From Alphaproteobacteria bacterium (GTDB lineage: Bacteria > Pseudomonadota > Alphaproteobacteria > Ferrovibrionales > Ferrovibrionaceae): a DNA stretch of 64,000 nt. The first letter of the stretch is position 1; each line of letters starts with the position of its first letter. This document shows, one piece after another, positions 7,259 through 19,494 of this stretch. Under the pieces are notes generated by a model. That model was not told the DNA's origin and did not search any database. It saw only the letters and a program-made list of their open reading frames with translations. The DNA is taken from contig JAGXRD010000076.1 in assembly GCA_018336035.1 (NCBI GenBank), positions 2,426-66,425 on the forward strand, given 5' to 3'. Made by a program: the position numbers and the translations under genes.

Positions 7259-10114
7259 ATGACCACCGACTACCGCCCCACCGTTTTCCTGCCGACCACC
7301 GATTTCCCGATGAAGGCCGGCCTGCCGGCCAAGGAGCCGGAAATCCTCGCCCGCTGGGAGAAGATCGGCCTCTACGAAAAACTGCGCGCCGATTCAAAAG
7401 GCCGCGAGTTGTTCGTGCTGCATGACGGCCCGCCCTATGCCAATGGCAACCTGCATATCGGCCATGCGCTGAACAAGATCCTCAAGGACGTGATCAACCG
7501 TTCGCGGCAGATGATGGGCTTCGATGCCAATTACGTGCCGGGTTGGGACTGCCACGGCCTGCCGATCGAATGGAAGATCGAAGAGAAGTATCGCGCGGCC
7601 GGCAAGAACAAGGATGAAGTGCCGATCGACGAGTTCCGCAAGGAGTGCCGCGATTTCGCCGATCACTGGATCGGTGTGCAGCGCGAGGAATTCAAGCGGC
7701 TCGGTGTGATCGGCGACTGGAAGAACCCGTACACGACCATGAGCTTCGCGGCCGAAGCCCAGATCGTGCGCGAGATCCAGAAATTCCTGATGAATGGCGG
7801 GTTGTTCAAGGGCTCGAAGCCGGTGATGTGGTCGATTGTCGAACGCACCGCGCTGGCCGAAGCCGAGGTCGAGTATCACGAGCATACCTCGTCGACCATC
7901 TTCGTGAAATTCCCGGTGGTGAAGACCGCTGCGAAGGCCATCGAAGGTGCCAGCATCGTGATCTGGACCACCACGCCCTGGACCATGCCGGGCAACCGCG
8001 CCATCGCCGCCGCCAAGGACGCCGAATACGTGCGCCTGCGTGTCGATGCCGTGGGCGAAAAGACGCTGGCCAAGGTCGGCGATGAAGTGATCGTGGCGAA
8101 AGACCTGATCGAGAGCATCAGCAAGGCCTGCGCCATCGAGGCCAGCAGCGTGCTGGCCACGCTGAAGGGCAGCGATCTTTCCGGCACGATCTGCGCGCAT
8201 CCGCTGCGCGGCAAGGGTTATGAATACGACGTACCGGTGCTGTTCGGCGATTTCGTCACCATGGATGCCGGCACCGGCTTTGTACATATCGCGCCGGGCC
8301 ATGGCGCCGACGACTACAATCTCGGCACCGCGCATGGCATCGAAGTGCCGCATACGGTGGACGCCGATGGCAGCTACTTCCGCCATGTGCCGATCTTCGG
8401 CGGCGACAAGCCGGCCCGCGTGCTGGACGATGCCGGCAAAGAGGGCGATGCCAATGGCCGCGTGATCGCCACGCTGATCGAGACCAATGGCCTGCTCGGC
8501 AAGGGCCGCCTGCGCCACCAGTATCCGCATTCCTGGCGTTCCAAGGCGCCGCTGATCTTCCGCAACACGCCGCAGTGGTTCATCTCGATGACCACCAACG
8601 ACCTGCGCAAGAAGGCGCTGGCCGCCATCGACGCCACCGAATTCTATCCGGCCGGCGGTCGCAATCGTTTGTACTCGATGATCGAACAGCGCCCCGACTG
8701 GGTGATCAGCCGTCAGCGCGCCTGGGGCGTGCCGATTGCGATCTTCGAGAACAAGGAAACCGGCGAGTTGCTGCGCGACGAGGAAGTGAATGAGCGTATC
8801 GTGGAAGCCTGCCTGAAGGGCGGCGCCGATGCCTGGTTCACCGCCCAGCCGGCCGACTTCCTCGGCAACAAGTACAATCCGTCCGACTGGAAGATGGTGA
8901 CCGACATTCTCGATGTCTGGTTCGATTCCGGTTCGACCCACAGCTTCGTGCTGGAGCAGCGCCCGGATCTGAAGTGGCCGGCCTCGCTGTATCTCGAAGG
9001 CTCCGACCAGCATCGCGGCTGGTTCCATTCGTCGCTGCTGGAAAGCTGCGGCACGCGCGGTCGCGCCCCGTATGATGCCGTGCTGACGCATGGCTTCACG
9101 CTGGACGAGAAGGGCCGCAAGATGTCCAAGTCGCTCGGCAATACGACCGAGCCGCAGGACGTGATCAAGCAGTCGGGCGCCGACATCCTGCGCCTGTGGG
9201 TGGTGTCGTCGGATTACTCCGACGATCTCAGCGTCGGCAAGACCATCATCCAGGCGCAGTCGGATGCCTATCGCCGCTTGCGCAACACGCTGCGCTACCT
9301 GCTCGGCAATCTCGCCGGCTTCCAGGAGTCCGAGCGCCTGTCGCATGCGCAGATGCCGGAACTGGAGCGCTGGGTGCTGCATCGCCTGGCCGAACTGGGC
9401 ACCATCGTGCGCGAAAGCTGCGAGCAGTATGATTTCCACCGCATGTATGTGGCGCTCTATAATTTCTGCGCCGTCGATCTCTCGGGCTTCTATTTCGACA
9501 TCCGCAAGGACGCGCTGTATTGCGATGCGCCGGGCAGCATTCGTCGCCGCGCCGCACGCACCGTGCTGGATCACCTGTTCGACTGTCTGGTGAAATGGCT
9601 GGCGCCTTTCATCAGCTTCACCGCGGAAGAAGCCTGGCTGACGCGCTATCCATCCGAAGACGGCAGCGTGCATCGCGAACTCTTCCCGACCATTCCGGCC
9701 GAATGGCTGGATGCGGCGCTGGGTGCCAAATGGGAGCGGGTGCGTCGCGTGCGCCGGGCCGTCACCGGCGCGCTGGAAATCGAACGCGCCGAAAAGCGCA
9801 TCGGCGCCAGCCTGCAGGCGGCCCCGACCGTTTATGTCACCGCCGAGGACAAGTCGGCACTTGAGGGCATCGATTTCGCCGAGATCTGCATCACCTCCGC
9901 CATCGATGTGCAGGTGGGCGACGGCCCGGCCGATGCCTTCCGCACCGACGATGCCAAGGGAATCGCTGTCGTGCCGCAGCAGGCGTCCGGCCTGAAATGC
10001 GAGCGCTGCTGGCAGGTGCTGGAAGAGGTCGGGCATGTGCCGGGCCATGACGACCTGTGCAAGCGTTGCGCGGAAGCTGTTTCTGGGGCTGTGTCCGGGG
10101 CGGTGAGCGCATGA
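7259..10114 (+). CDS. ileS: Isoleucine--tRNA ligase
   Basis: HDGPPYANGNLHIGHALN (HIGH), KMSKSLGN (KMSKS), and a C-terminal zinc knuckle CERCW...CKRC. The ORF is 951 aa. Confidence 0.97.
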   Translation: MTTDYRPTVFLPTTDFPMKAGLPAKEPEILARWEKIGLYEKLRADSKGRELFVLHDGPPYANGNLHIGHALNKILKDVINRSRQMMGFDANYVPGWDCHGLPIEWKIEEKYRAAGKNKDEVPIDEFRKECRDFADHWIGVQREEFKRLGVIGDWKNPYTTMSFAAEAQIVREIQKFLMNGGLFKGSKPVMWSIVERTALAEAEVEYHEHTSSTIFVKFPVVKTAAKAIEGASIVIWTTTPWTMPGNRAIAAAKDAEYVRLRVDAVGEKTLAKVGDEVIVAKDLIESISKACAIEASSVLATLKGSDLSGTICAHPLRGKGYEYDVPVLFGDFVTMDAGTGFVHIAPGHGADDYNLGTAHGIEVPHTVDADGSYFRHVPIFGGDKPARVLDDAGKEGDANGRVIATLIETNGLLGKGRLRHQYPHSWRSKAPLIFRNTPQWFISMTTNDLRKKALAAIDATEFYPAGGRNRLYSMIEQRPDWVISRQRAWGVPIAIFENKETGELLRDEEVNERIVEACLKGGADAWFTAQPADFLGNKYNPSDWKMVTDILDVWFDSGSTHSFVLEQRPDLKWPASLYLEGSDQHRGWFHSSLLESCGTRGRAPYDAVLTHGFTLDEKGRKMSKSLGNTTEPQDVIKQSGADILRLWVVSSDYSDDLSVGKTIIQAQSDAYRRLRNTLRYLLGNLAGFQESERLSHAQMPELERWVLHRLAELGTIVRESCEQYDFHRMYVALYNFCAVDLSGFYFDIRKDALYCDAPGSIRRRAARTVLDHLFDCLVKWLAPFISFTAEEAWLTRYPSEDGSVHRELFPTIPAEWLDAALGAKWERVRRVRRAVTGALEIERAEKRIGASLQAAPTVYVTAEDKSALEGIDFAEICITSAIDVQVGDGPADAFRTDDAKGIAVVPQQASGLKCERCWQVLEEVGHVPGHDDLCKRCAEAVSGAVSGAVSA

Positions 10115-10587
10115 GCCGTACGTTCAAGCTTGGATTGCTGATCGCATTCGGCATTTTCATCGCCGACCAGGTCACGAAACTCTACTTCCTTGACCTGATG
10201 CAGCAGAACCCGACTGGTATCGTGGTCACGCCATTCTTCAATCTGGTCATGGTGTGGAATTCCGGCGTCAGCTTCGGCATGTTCAGCGAAGACAGCGCCA
10301 GCCGCAGCTGGACGCTGATCGCGGTGTCTTTCGCTGTGACGGTCTGGCTGCTCTGGTGGCTGTGGCGCAATCACTCCGGACTCGTCGCGATTTCGCTCGG
10401 CATGATCATCGGCGGGGCGATGGGCAATGTGATCGACCGCTACCGCTTCGGTGCCGTGTTCGACTTCCTCGATTTCCACGCTTTCGGCTGGCACTGGCCG
10501 GCCTTCAACGTGGCCGACTGCGCCATTGTGGTGGGCGTGCTGCTGCTGTTGGCGGACGGTTTCCGGCCAAGGAAAACAGCTGATTAA
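10111..10587 (+). CDS. lspA: Lipoprotein signal peptidase (signal peptidase II)
   Basis: Trimmed to ATG 10111, which overlaps the ileS stop in an ATGA. Motifs: FIADQVTK...NSGVSFGM...GGAMGNVIDR...FNVADCAIVVG. Confidence 0.93.
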   Translation: MSRTFKLGLLIAFGIFIADQVTKLYFLDLMQQNPTGIVVTPFFNLVMVWNSGVSFGMFSEDSASRSWTLIAVSFAVTVWLLWWLWRNHSGLVAISLGMIIGGAMGNVIDRYRFGAVFDFLDFHAFGWHWPAFNVADCAIVVGVLLLLADGFRPRKTAD

Positions 10588-10819
10588 GACGCTGCCAGCG
10601 GCCAGCCGCTACTTTTGGTAGTGAGTCTGCCGATTCATTGCGCCCGGCCACGAATGATGGCAGCATCACCCCTGAAGATGAGGCATGGGGCAAGAGGCAG
10701 ATGCTTCGGTCGGGGCGGACCGGACGGCAAGGCCAGTCCGGGACAGGGGGGATAACAAGCAGCGGCCTGTTTTCTGCAGCGCCGCTGGCTGCCGCCAAAT
10801 GCCGCATTGATGGCCGCGC

Positions 10820-12772
<1,953 letters not shown>

Positions 12773-12945
12773 TCCGGCCGCGGAACATATGGGCGTGAAC
12801 GGGTCGAACCAGCGGCGGAAAACCGGGCCGTTTGGGACCTGGACCGGCAGCGTGGCGCCCTTGTGCCCGCGCCATGCCCGAGGCTAAAATCCCCCGCCTC
12901 GTGTGAGTTGGCCTCGCGCCTCGCGTTCAAGAAGGGACTGTTTTC

Positions 12946-13572
12946 ATGCGTCGACCGAAGCCTGCCGGCCGACATCTGCGGCTACGCACACTGCGCCTGC
13001 TGAGCCTGACCGCGCTCGCCGGCAGTCTGGCGCTCGCCGGCTGCGACAGCACGCGCGAGGCCCTCGGTATCACCAAGAAAAGCCCCGATGAATTCGTCGT
13101 CGTGACCAAGGCGCCGCTGGTGCTGCCGCCGGAATTCGGTCTGCGTCCGCCCGAGCCGGGCGCGGCACGGCCGCAGGAAGTGCCCGCGCGTGATCGCGCC
13201 GCCGCTGCTTTCGGCGGCGCCAGCACCGATGCCGCCGGCCAGATCACGCCGCTCAGCCGTGCCGGCAACGCGAATGCCGTGCCGCGTTCAGCCGGCGAGC
13301 AGGCCCTGCTGAGCCAGGCCCGCGCCAGCAACGTCGATCCCGATATCCGCCGCAAGGTGAATGACGAATTCACCCAGCTGGCCGAACGTGACAGCCGCTT
13401 CGTTGATCGCCTGATGTTCTGGCAGGGCTCGGAAGAGCCTGGGCTAGCGCTCGATCCGGCCAAGGAAGCCCAGCGCCTGCGCGAGAATGCCGCCACCGGC
13501 AAGCCGCTCAGCAGCGGGACCATTCCGACCATCAAGCGTCGCGAACGCGGCCCGCTTGAAGGTATTTTCTGA
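12946..13572 (+). CDS. Lipoprotein, DUF3035-like
   Basis: The lipobox LALAGC is followed by SPDEFVVVTKAPLVLPPEFGLRPPEPGAARPQE. The family assignment is from memory of this motif. Confidence 0.6.
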   Translation: MRRPKPAGRHLRLRTLRLLSLTALAGSLALAGCDSTREALGITKKSPDEFVVVTKAPLVLPPEFGLRPPEPGAARPQEVPARDRAAAAFGGASTDAAGQITPLSRAGNANAVPRSAGEQALLSQARASNVDPDIRRKVNDEFTQLAERDSRFVDRLMFWQGSEEPGLALDPAKEAQRLRENAATGKPLSSGTIPTIKRRERGPLEGIF

Positions 13573-13667
13573 CGGGGCTTCCCGCGCCGCGCGCCCGGCA
13601 CAATATATGACCGGGGTCATGATGCCAGTCCGCCCAGCATTGCCGGGCCTGTGACGGAGAGAGAGCC

Positions 13668-15011
13668 GTGCCGAAACGCCTGATCGCCGTCCTGTCCGCT
13701 GCCGTCGCCAGCCTCGCCGTTTCATTCGTCGAGCCGGCGCGCGCTCAGATCTTCAATCCGACCCAGTTCATGCTCGGAAATGGCATGCAGGTGGTGCTGA
13801 TCGAGGATCACCGTGCGCCCGTCGTGCATCACATGGTGTGGTATCGCGTCGGCGCCGCCGACGAGGCGCCCGGCGTCTCGGGTGTGGCGCATTACCTCGA
13901 ACACCTGATGTTCAAGGGCACGCCGAATGTGCCGCCCGGCGAATTCTCCAAGATCGTGGCGCGCGAGGGCGGCCGCGACAACGCCTTCACCTCGTCTGAC
14001 TATACCGGCTATTTCCAGACCATCGCGCGCGACCGGCTCGAACTGGTGATGAGCATGGAAGCGGATCGCATGAGCCAGCTCGCGCCAAAAGCGTCAGATG
14101 CCAAGCCCGAATTGCAGGTGGTGATGGAGGAGCGCTTAAGCCGCACCGACAACAACCCGGGCGCGCTGTTCGGCGAGCAGCTCGATGCCGCGCAGTATCT
14201 CAGCCACCCCTATGGCCGCCCGGTGATCGGCTGGCCGGCGGAAATCCTGCGCCTGACGCTGGATGATGCGATGGCTTTCTATCGCACCCATTATGCGCCG
14301 AACAACGCGATCCTGATCGTTGCCGGCGATGTGCGGCCCAACGAGCTGAAGGCTCTGGCCGAGAAATATTACGGTCTGATCCCGATGCGGCCGATTCCGC
14401 CGCGCATCCGGCCGCAGGAGCCGAACCAGCTGGCCGCGCGCCGCCTCAGCATGTCCGACGCGCGCGTGGCGCAGCCCTCGATGCGGCGCAGCTATCTGGC
14501 GCCCAGTCGTTCCGCCGGCGAGAAACAGCATGCCGTGCCGCTCGCCGTGCTGGCCGAAATCCTCAACGCCCCGACCGGTCGCCTGCATAACTCCCTGGTG
14601 AAGGGCGACGGGCCGGCGGTCTCTGCCGGCGCCTGGTATAGTTCGATGTCGCTCGACCAGGGCACTTTCGGCTTCAGCGCGTCGCCCAAGCAGGGCCGCA
14701 AGCTGGACGAGGTAGAGGCCGCATTGGACAAGGTCATCGCCGATCTGCTGGTCAGTGGCGTGACCGAAGGCGAAATGCGTCGCGCCCGCATCGGCATGCG
14801 GGCAGAGACGATTTATGCGCGCGACGGTCTGTCGGGCGCGGCGCGCATCTTCGGTGCCGCGCTCACCACCGGACTGACGGTTGAGGATGTTGAGGCCTGG
14901 CCCAGACTGGTCGATGCCGTGACCCGCGAACAGGTGCTGGCGGCGGCGCGCTACGTGCTTGATCTACGCCGCTCGGTCACCGGGCATCTGCTGCCGAAAG
15001 ACCAGAGCTGA
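13668..15011 (+). CDS. M16 family zinc peptidase (pitrilysin-like, catalytic HxxEH subunit)
   Basis: GTG start after GGAGAGAGAG. It has a signal peptide and the zinc motif GVAHYLEHLMFKGT. Confidence 0.9.
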   Translation: MPKRLIAVLSAAVASLAVSFVEPARAQIFNPTQFMLGNGMQVVLIEDHRAPVVHHMVWYRVGAADEAPGVSGVAHYLEHLMFKGTPNVPPGEFSKIVAREGGRDNAFTSSDYTGYFQTIARDRLELVMSMEADRMSQLAPKASDAKPELQVVMEERLSRTDNNPGALFGEQLDAAQYLSHPYGRPVIGWPAEILRLTLDDAMAFYRTHYAPNNAILIVAGDVRPNELKALAEKYYGLIPMRPIPPRIRPQEPNQLAARRLSMSDARVAQPSMRRSYLAPSRSAGEKQHAVPLAVLAEILNAPTGRLHNSLVKGDGPAVSAGAWYSSMSLDQGTFGFSASPKQGRKLDEVEAALDKVIADLLVSGVTEGEMRRARIGMRAETIYARDGLSGAARIFGAALTTGLTVEDVEAWPRLVDAVTREQVLAAARYVLDLRRSVTGHLLPKDQS

Positions 15012-15015
15012 GGAC

Positions 15016-16350
15016 ATGCCGATGCGCAACTTCGTCATTGCCATTCTGCTGCTAGTCTGTTCCGCGCTGCCGGCTGCCGCAGGCCCGAAGATCGAGCGGA
15101 TCAAGACACCGCTTGGCATCGAGGTCTGGTTCGTGCGCGAGCCCAGCATTCCGATCCTGTCGCTGCAGGCGACCTGGCGCGGCGGCTCCTCCAGCGATCC
15201 GGTCGGGCAGGAGGGGCTGGCCCAGCTGGCCACCGGACTGCTGAACGAAGGCGCCGGCGAGCTGTCGGCGGACGATTTCCAGCTCGCGCTGCAGGACTCC
15301 GCCATCGACATGGGCTTCAGCACCGAGCGCGACTACACCACGGCGACCATCCGCACGCTCAGCGTCAACCGTGCGCGCGCCTTCGATTTGCTGAAGCTGG
15401 CCTTGACCGCGCCGCGCTTCGACGATGAACCGGTGCAGCGCGTGAAGGCGCAGGCCCGCGTCGCCTACGAACGCAGCCGCACCAGCCCGAATGCGCTGGT
15501 GGGCGAGCGGTTTGCCCAGCTTGCCTATGGCGATCATCCCTATGGCCGCCGTTCCGCGCCGAGCACTGAAAGCCTCGAACGCATCGACCGCACCGCCCTG
15601 GCCGACTTCACGAAGGCGCTGCTGGCGCGCTCCAATCTGGTGATCGGTGCGGTCGGCGATGTGACGCCCGAAGACCTTGCCCGGCTGGTCGATACCAGCT
15701 TCGGTGCGCTGCCGATGCAGGCGTCGGTAGTGCTGCCGGCGCCGGTCGTGCCGAAAACCTCGCCGCAGCCCGTGGTCATCCCGTTCCCCAATCCGCAGAG
15801 CATCCTGCTGTTCGGCGCGCCCGGCATCGCTCGTGAGGATCCCGACTGGTATGCCGCCACCGTGATGAACCAGGTGCTGGGCGGCGGCGGCATGACGTCG
15901 CGGCTGTTCGAGGAAGTGCGTGAAAAGCGCGGGCTGGTCTATTCGGTTGGCACCCAGTTGGTGCCGTACAAGGCCGCGGCACTGGTCAGTGGTTCGCTTG
16001 CCACCTCGAATGCCCAGGTCGGTGATGCGCTGAAGCTGGTGCGCGCCGAACTGGCCCGGGTGGCGAAAGAGGGCGTCACCGATAGCGAGCTGGCGGCGGC
16101 GAAATCCTTCATGACGGGCTCTTTCCCTTTGCGACTGACATCAAACGCGGCCATTGCCGGCATGCTGGTGGCGATCCAGAATAGCGGCCTGCCGCCCGAC
16201 TACATCGAAGCCTATCCCGGCCTGATCAATGCCGTGACGCAGGATGACATCCGCCGTGTCGCGCAGAGGCTGTTTGCGCGCGACGACTATCTCGTCGTCG
16301 TGGTCGGCCAGCCTGCCGGGCTTGAAGCGCCCAAGAAGCAGGGCGGCTGA
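15016..16350 (+). CDS. M16 family peptidase-like protein (no HxxEH motif; probable non-catalytic partner)
   Basis: Trimmed to ATG 15016 ([24 protein letters not shown] signal peptide). It has M16 fold motifs but reads [13 protein letters not shown] where HxxEH would sit. Confidence 0.85.
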   Translation: MPMRNFVIAILLLVCSALPAAAGPKIERIKTPLGIEVWFVREPSIPILSLQATWRGGSSSDPVGQEGLAQLATGLLNEGAGELSADDFQLALQDSAIDMGFSTERDYTTATIRTLSVNRARAFDLLKLALTAPRFDDEPVQRVKAQARVAYERSRTSPNALVGERFAQLAYGDHPYGRRSAPSTESLERIDRTALADFTKALLARSNLVIGAVGDVTPEDLARLVDTSFGALPMQASVVLPAPVVPKTSPQPVVIPFPNPQSILLFGAPGIAREDPDWYAATVMNQVLGGGGMTSRLFEEVREKRGLVYSVGTQLVPYKAAALVSGSLATSNAQVGDALKLVRAELARVAKEGVTDSELAAAKSFMTGSFPLRLTSNAAIAGMLVAIQNSGLPPDYIEAYPGLINAVTQDDIRRVAQRLFARDDYLVVVVGQPAGLEAPKKQGG

Positions 16351-16354
16351 GCGG

Positions 16355-18259
16355 ATGGCCATTCGCCGCCTGCCCGAAACCCTGGTCAACCGCATCGCTG
16401 CCGGCGAGGTGGTCGAGCGCCCGGCTTCAGCCGTGAAGGAACTGGTGGAGAATGCCATCGATGCCGGCGCGCGCCGCATCGACATTGCCACGGTCTCGGG
16501 CGGTCGCACGCTGATCAGCGTCAGCGACGATGGCAAAGGCATGGCGCCGGACGACCTGCCGGTGGCGGTGGAGCGTCACGCCACCTCCAAGCTGCCGGGC
16601 GACGATCTGCTGAACATCCAGTGGCTCGGGTTTCGTGGCGAGGCGCTGCCGTCGATCGGCGCGGTGGCGCGGCTTGGGATCGTGACGCGCGAAAAGCAGA
16701 GCGACTCCGCCTGGCAGCTTGAGGTCGATGCCGGCAAGGTCGGTGCAGTGAAGCCGGCGGCGGCGGGGCCGGGCACGCGCATCGAGGTGCGCGACCTGTT
16801 CTATGCCGTGCCGGCGCGGCTGAAATTTCTCAAAACCGATCGTGCCGAAGATCTCGCGGTGCAGGAAATCGTCAGGCGGCTGGCCATGGCACATGCCGGT
16901 ATCGCCTTCACGCTGCAGCAGGATGGACGCACCAGCTTTCGCGCCGACGCGGTGCCCGACAATCTGCTCGACGATCCGCAGAACACGCAAAGGCCCGATC
17001 TGCAAAGACTGGGGCGGCTGGAACAGATTCTCGGCCGTGACTTCGCCGACAACGCGGTGGAGATCAGGGCCGAACGCGAAGGCATCGCGCTGACCGGCTA
17101 TGCCGGTTTGCCGACCTACAATCGCGGCAATGCCCAGCACCAGTATCTGTTCGTCAACGGAAGGCCGGTGCGCGACAAGCTGTTTGTGGGCGCGGTGAAG
17201 GGCGCCTATGCCGATTTCCTAAGCCATGACCGGCATCCGGTGGTGTCGCTGTTCCTGCAGGTGCCGGCCGAACAGGTCGATGTCAATGTGCATCCGGCCA
17301 AGGCAGAAGTGCGTTTCCGCGATCCCGGTCTGGTACGCGGTTTAATCGTGGGCGCATTGCGGCATGCGCTGGCAGAAGCCGGCCATCGCGCGTCGACGAC
17401 GGTGGCGCAGGCCGCGCTTGGAGCGCTCCGACCGCAATCCTCCCCGACCATGCCATTACCCTTCCAATCGACATTCGGTGGCGGTGCGTCGCGCTGGCGC
17501 GGGTATGACAACCTGCGGCCCGCCTCTGTGCCGGGCATGGCCGAAGCTGCCGCGCTCTATAATGCGCCGCAAGGAGATTTCTCGGCTGACGTCTCCGGCG
17601 AAGTATCTGCCGGAGCCAACGGTCTCGCGCCTGCGGCCCGCAACGAAGATGCCGGCAACTCTCCGGTTCCGCTGCAGAGCTATCCGCTCGGCGCCGCGCG
17701 CGGCCAGCTGCATGAGACATATATCGTCGCGCAGACGGCGGATGGCATCGTCATCGTCGACCAGCATGCCGCGCATGAGCGACTGGTTTACGAGCGTATG
17801 AAGGTCAATCTCGAAGCAGGGAAGGTGCCGCGTCAGGCATTGCTGCTGCCTGAAGTGGTCGAACTGACCGAAGCCGAAGCGGGCCGGCTGGCAGCACGCG
17901 CAACTGAACTGGCCGAACTCGGCCTGATTCTGGAAGGTTTTGGCGCGGGTGCCGTGGTGGTGCGTGAAGTGCCCGCCTTGCTCGGCGATGTCGCCGTGCA
18001 GAATCTGGTGCGCGATCTGGCCGATGCCATTGCTGAATACGGCAATGTGCTGCCGTTGAGGGAAAAGCTCGAGGAAGTGTGCGGCACCATGGCCTGTCAT
18101 GGCAGCGTGCGCGCCGGTCGGCGTCTCACGCTGGATGAAATGAATGCACTGTTACGCCAGATGGAGGCGACGCCGCATTCGGGCCAGTGCAATCACGGCC
18201 GTCCCACCTATGTCGAGCTCAAACTCGCTGATATTGAAAAACTCTTTGGCAGACGCTGA
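16355..18259 (+). CDS. mutL: DNA mismatch repair protein MutL
   Basis: Trimmed to ATG 16355. Motifs: [36 protein letters not shown], and the C-terminal CNHGRPT. Confidence 0.95.
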   Translation: MAIRRLPETLVNRIAAGEVVERPASAVKELVENAIDAGARRIDIATVSGGRTLISVSDDGKGMAPDDLPVAVERHATSKLPGDDLLNIQWLGFRGEALPSIGAVARLGIVTREKQSDSAWQLEVDAGKVGAVKPAAAGPGTRIEVRDLFYAVPARLKFLKTDRAEDLAVQEIVRRLAMAHAGIAFTLQQDGRTSFRADAVPDNLLDDPQNTQRPDLQRLGRLEQILGRDFADNAVEIRAEREGIALTGYAGLPTYNRGNAQHQYLFVNGRPVRDKLFVGAVKGAYADFLSHDRHPVVSLFLQVPAEQVDVNVHPAKAEVRFRDPGLVRGLIVGALRHALAEAGHRASTTVAQAALGALRPQSSPTMPLPFQSTFGGGASRWRGYDNLRPASVPGMAEAAALYNAPQGDFSADVSGEVSAGANGLAPAARNEDAGNSPVPLQSYPLGAARGQLHETYIVAQTADGIVIVDQHAAHERLVYERMKVNLEAGKVPRQALLLPEVVELTEAEAGRLAARATELAELGLILEGFGAGAVVVREVPALLGDVAVQNLVRDLADAIAEYGNVLPLREKLEEVCGTMACHGSVRAGRRLTLDEMNALLRQMEATPHSGQCNHGRPTYVELKLADIEKLFGRR

Positions 18260-18305
18260 TGTCATGTATGATGGTTTCATGTCTGTTCGGAAACGCGAGT
18301 CGATG

Positions 18306-18367
18306 GTTGCAGATGCAACTATAAATAACGTTTGACTTGTACCCAAAGTTGGGTATATAAAAACGTT
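18306..18367. promoter_or_regulatory. Cluster of perfect palindromes in the AT-rich flagellin upstream region
   Basis: GTTGCA-GA-TGCAAC is at 18306-18319. TACCCAA-AG-TTGGGTA is at 18340-18355, flanked by AACGTT at 18327-18332 and 18362-18367. Confidence 0.6.
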
Positions 18368-18486
18368 AACATACTAAAACATAGCGATTTTACGTTTTCG
18401 CTGAAGCTACGATAACGAAGGCGTCCTGATCGTCAGGGCTTGGTGCTCAGAGAGAGTCCCGAAATATCCAGAAAGGAACTTAAGTC

Positions 18487-19314
18487 ATGGCCAATTCCGT
18501 CAATACCAATGTCGGCGCCATTATCGCCCTGTCCTCGCTGCGCGCGGTCAACAAGGAAGTCGACATCACCTCCAAGCGCGTCCAGACCGGCTTCCGCGTT
18601 GCGGACGCTCAGGACGACGCCGCCGTTTTCGCAGTCGCCCAGGGTATCCGTGGCGACATCAAGGCCAAGGCCTCGGTCCAGTCCTCGCTGGCTGGCGGTG
18701 AAGGCCTCGCCCAGGTTACCAACGCCGCCCTGAAGGGCATCTCCGATGTCATCGGCGACATTCGCGCCAAGCTCGCCCTGCTCGGCAGCGGCTCGATCAG
18801 CGACGAACAGCGCGACATCTACAACGCGGACGTGACCCAGCTGGTTGAGACGATGACCTCGTACACCACGCAGGCGAACTTCAACGGCAAGAACCTGATC
18901 GCGACCACTGGCGCGAGCGCCTCGTTCGTGGCTGACACCGCGGGCGCGACCCTCGACCTGACTGCCGCGGACATCCAGACCGCCATCACCACCTTCGGCG
19001 CTGCGGCCACCATCACCAACGCTGATCCGGCCACCGAATTCGGCACCGCGAACACCGCTCTGACCACTCTGGAAACCGAAGTGAACAACGCCATGGCGTC
19101 GGTTGCCGCCGAAGGTCGTGCGCTGACCCTGCAGAAGAGCTTCACCGACGACCTGGTCGACGCCGCGAAGAAGGGCCTTGGCGCCCTCGTCGACGCCGAC
19201 GTGGCCGCTGAAAGCGCCAACCTGCAGTCCCTGCAGGTCCGCCAGCAGCTCAACATCCAGGCGCTGTCGATCGCCAACCAGCAGCCGAACACCCTGCTCA
19301 GCCTGTTCCGTTAA
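18487..19314 (+). CDS. Flagellin (short, Caulobacter-type)
   Basis: The N-terminus is MANSVNTNVGAIIALSSL and the C-terminus is LQSLQVRQQLNIQALSIANQQPNTLLSLFR. The ORF is 275 aa and is preceded by an AAAGGA RBS. Confidence 0.93.
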   Translation: MANSVNTNVGAIIALSSLRAVNKEVDITSKRVQTGFRVADAQDDAAVFAVAQGIRGDIKAKASVQSSLAGGEGLAQVTNAALKGISDVIGDIRAKLALLGSGSISDEQRDIYNADVTQLVETMTSYTTQANFNGKNLIATTGASASFVADTAGATLDLTAADIQTAITTFGAAATITNADPATEFGTANTALTTLETEVNNAMASVAAEGRALTLQKSFTDDLVDAAKKGLGALVDADVAAESANLQSLQVRQQLNIQALSIANQQPNTLLSLFR

Positions 19315-19335
19315 TCGGCACAGACTTAGGCCAAG

Positions 19336-19368
19336 GCTTAAAGAAGGGGGCAGCCGCAAGGCTGCCCC
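19336..19368 (+). terminator. Rho-independent terminator of the flagellin gene
   Basis: GGGGGCAGCC-GCAA-GGCTGCCCCC followed by TTTCTTTTT. Confidence 0.9.
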
Positions 19369-19494
19369 CTTTCTTTTTGGGCTTGCCGCTTTTTTCAGTT
19401 CCACATCCGGTCATGCCGGTGTGCATGTCCGAGCATCGTTTGCCGAGACACTCAATCTGGTATTCTCGACGCCGGATTCCGGCTGGCTTCAGCC

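Noticed and set aside
7394-10048. Very long antisense ORFs opposite real genes. Examples are 7394..10048(-) opposite ileS, 2547..3587(-), 25746..26942(-), 40476..42320(+), 42716..44362(+), 48096..49700(+), 49902..51266(-) and 33533..35002(-).
   Set aside because: Their products are Arg/Ala/Gly/His-rich, low-complexity sequences with no motifs. Each mirrors a gene with clear family signatures. Stop-poor antisense frames are expected in GC3-rich genomes.
10075-10110. A short GAVS tandem repeat at the IleS C-terminus (AVSGAVSGAVSA).
   Set aside because: It is only about two and a half repeats of 12 nt, lying after the zinc-knuckle. It is most likely a trivial slippage-derived tail just before the lspA overlap and does not amount to a separate feature.
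18389-18415. Sigma-28 promoter for the flagellin gene (TACGATAA at 18408-18415 resembles GCCGATAA).
   Set aside because: The -35 position 15 nt upstream reads TTTA, not TAAA, and alternative spacings also fail. The nearest TAAA is 29 nt away. I also found no GG-N10-GC sigma-54 match.
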